Position numbers and translations under genes: made by a program. Below are positions 63,081 through 64,000 of a stretch of 64,000 nt of DNA, piece by piece. A model generated the notes under the pieces. The model was given only the letters and a program-made list of their open reading frames with translations. It had not been told where the DNA came from and made no database searches. This DNA is from Bacteroidota bacterium (GTDB lineage Bacteria > Bacteroidota > Rhodothermia > Balneolales > Balneolaceae), in contig PZPG01000008.1 in NCBI GenBank assembly GCA_003045995.1, positions 3,649 to 67,648 on the forward strand. Reading direction: 5' to 3'. Every line of letters begins with the position of its first letter. The stretch's first letter is position 1.

Positions 63081-63155
63081 AAGTATGTAACTATGAAGTA
63101 TGTAACTACGAAGTCTGTAACTACGAAGTCTGTAACTCCAAAGTGTACATCTTCA
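63081..63155. repeat. 5 x 15-nt tandem repeat upstream of the TonB-like gene
   Basis: aagtatgtaactatg / aagtatgtaactacg / aagtctgtaactacg / aagtctgtaactcca / aagtgtacatcttca. Confidence 0.93.
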
Positions 63156-63224
63156 GTTTTTGTAGCTGTACATCACACAACTACATATCGGTTCTCTGCA
63201 TATACAAACCATTGGAGCCAGGAA

Positions 63225-64000
63225 TTAGTGCATCTGATCCAAAACTTTTCGGATGCTTCCGCCGTTTCGTTCGAGCATGGATTTGCAGGTTTTTTCATCC
63301 GATCCCGTCCACTCCATTAGAAGAGCTGTTTTTACATGTCCTCCGGCTTGATGTAAGAGCTTTTCGGCCTCCTCTTCACTCAGATCGGTGAGCATCTGCA
63401 CGGTACGTTTTGCGCGCTCGTGTAGTTTTTGATTGGTGAGCTGTAAGTCGACCATCACATTCTCATAGACTTTCCCAAGCAATACCATGACACCCGTGGA
63501 TAAGATATTGAGTATCATTTTTTGTGCAGTGGCACTCTTCATTCGGGTGCTGCCAGCGAGTACCTCCGGTCCAACCGGGACAGCAATCAGATGATCTACA
63601 CTCAAGACAACCTGGGATGCTGGCACCGTACAAATGAGTGCCGTCGACGCACCTAATAGTCTAGCCTGTTTTAAAGCTCCATGAACATAGGGTGTCCTAC
63701 CACTTGCTGCCAACCCAACAATCATATCCCTTTGGTCCACACCGGCATTCATTACATCCCTCTGTCCATTGGATTCCAGATCTTCGGCACCTTCCTGAGC
63801 TCTGAACATCGCCTCTCTACCACCAGCGATGAACCCCTGAACCAGAGCCGGTTCAGTTCCAAACGTCGGCGGACACTCCGAGGCATCCAAAACTCCAAGG
63901 CGACCGCTCGTTCCAGCACCAAAATAGAGTAACCTTCCCCCCCCACGAAGACACGTGGCTGTCGCCTCCATTAACGTGGCAAGCTGTGGTTGCTGTTTTG
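63225..64000 (-). CDS. murQ: N-acetylmuramic acid 6-phosphate etherase, 5' end beyond the window
   Basis: SIS-domain motif GRLLYFGAGTSGRLGVLDASECPPTFG and GLAASGRTPYV, with a C-terminal UBA-like tail. The frame stays open upstream of the listed Met to nt 64000. Confidence 0.92.
   Translation of the reverse strand, partial: KQQPQLATLMEATATCLRGGGRLLYFGAGTSGRLGVLDASECPPTFGTEPALVQGFIAGGREAMFRAQEGAEDLESNGQRDVMNAGVDQRDMIVGLAASGRTPYVHGALKQARLLGASTALICTVPASQVVLSVDHLIAVPVGPEVLAGSTRMKSATAQKMILNILSTGVMVLLGKVYENVMVDLQLTNQKLHERAKRTVQMLTDLSEEEAEKLLHQAGGHVKTALLMEWTGSDEKTCKSMLERNGGSIRKVLDQMH

Overview
This is a 64-kb, almost fully coding chromosomal segment with about 48 protein genes and one tRNA-Ser(GGA). 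I found no rRNA, CRISPR array, transposase or integrase. Gene content points to an FCB-group bacterium, most plausibly the Balneolota/Rhodothermota-Bacteroidota lineage. The evidence is two proteins with T9SS C-terminal sorting domains, PorV/FadL-like barrels, BshC, a stand-alone nuoI and a LuxE/LuxC-like pair; this taxonomic call is inference only. Most genes are housekeeping: leuS, der, nuoI, pssA-psd-rseP-dxr, pgeF-aroE, tmk, bshC, holA, purD, tpiA, gatB, tdk, tadA and murQ. Six regions look accessory. (1) A tightly packed minus-strand operon (34905-44699) encodes a ~2370-aa T9SS cargo with about 17 CarboxypepD_reg-like domains, followed by two PorV/FadL-like outer-membrane barrels. (2) A T9SS-secreted EEP nuclease lies divergent from tdk and a CNT nucleoside transporter. 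(3) An NHL-LuxE-LuxC-like module has no luciferase genes. (4) An outer-membrane barrel is paired with an MMPL/RND exporter. (5) A patatin-POTRA-Omp85 (type Vd-like) protein is present. (6) Three SurA-like chaperone genes are followed by MoxR and a membrane-anchored VWA protein. The most unusual signal read directly from the sequence is a very high density of short head-to-tail tandem repeats: more than 20 loci with 8-24-nt units and 2-8.5 copies. They occur in intergenic DNA and in frame inside conserved genes. Units inside CDSs are always multiples of 3, while intergenic units often are not. All family assignments come from motif recognition by eye, and no database search was possible.
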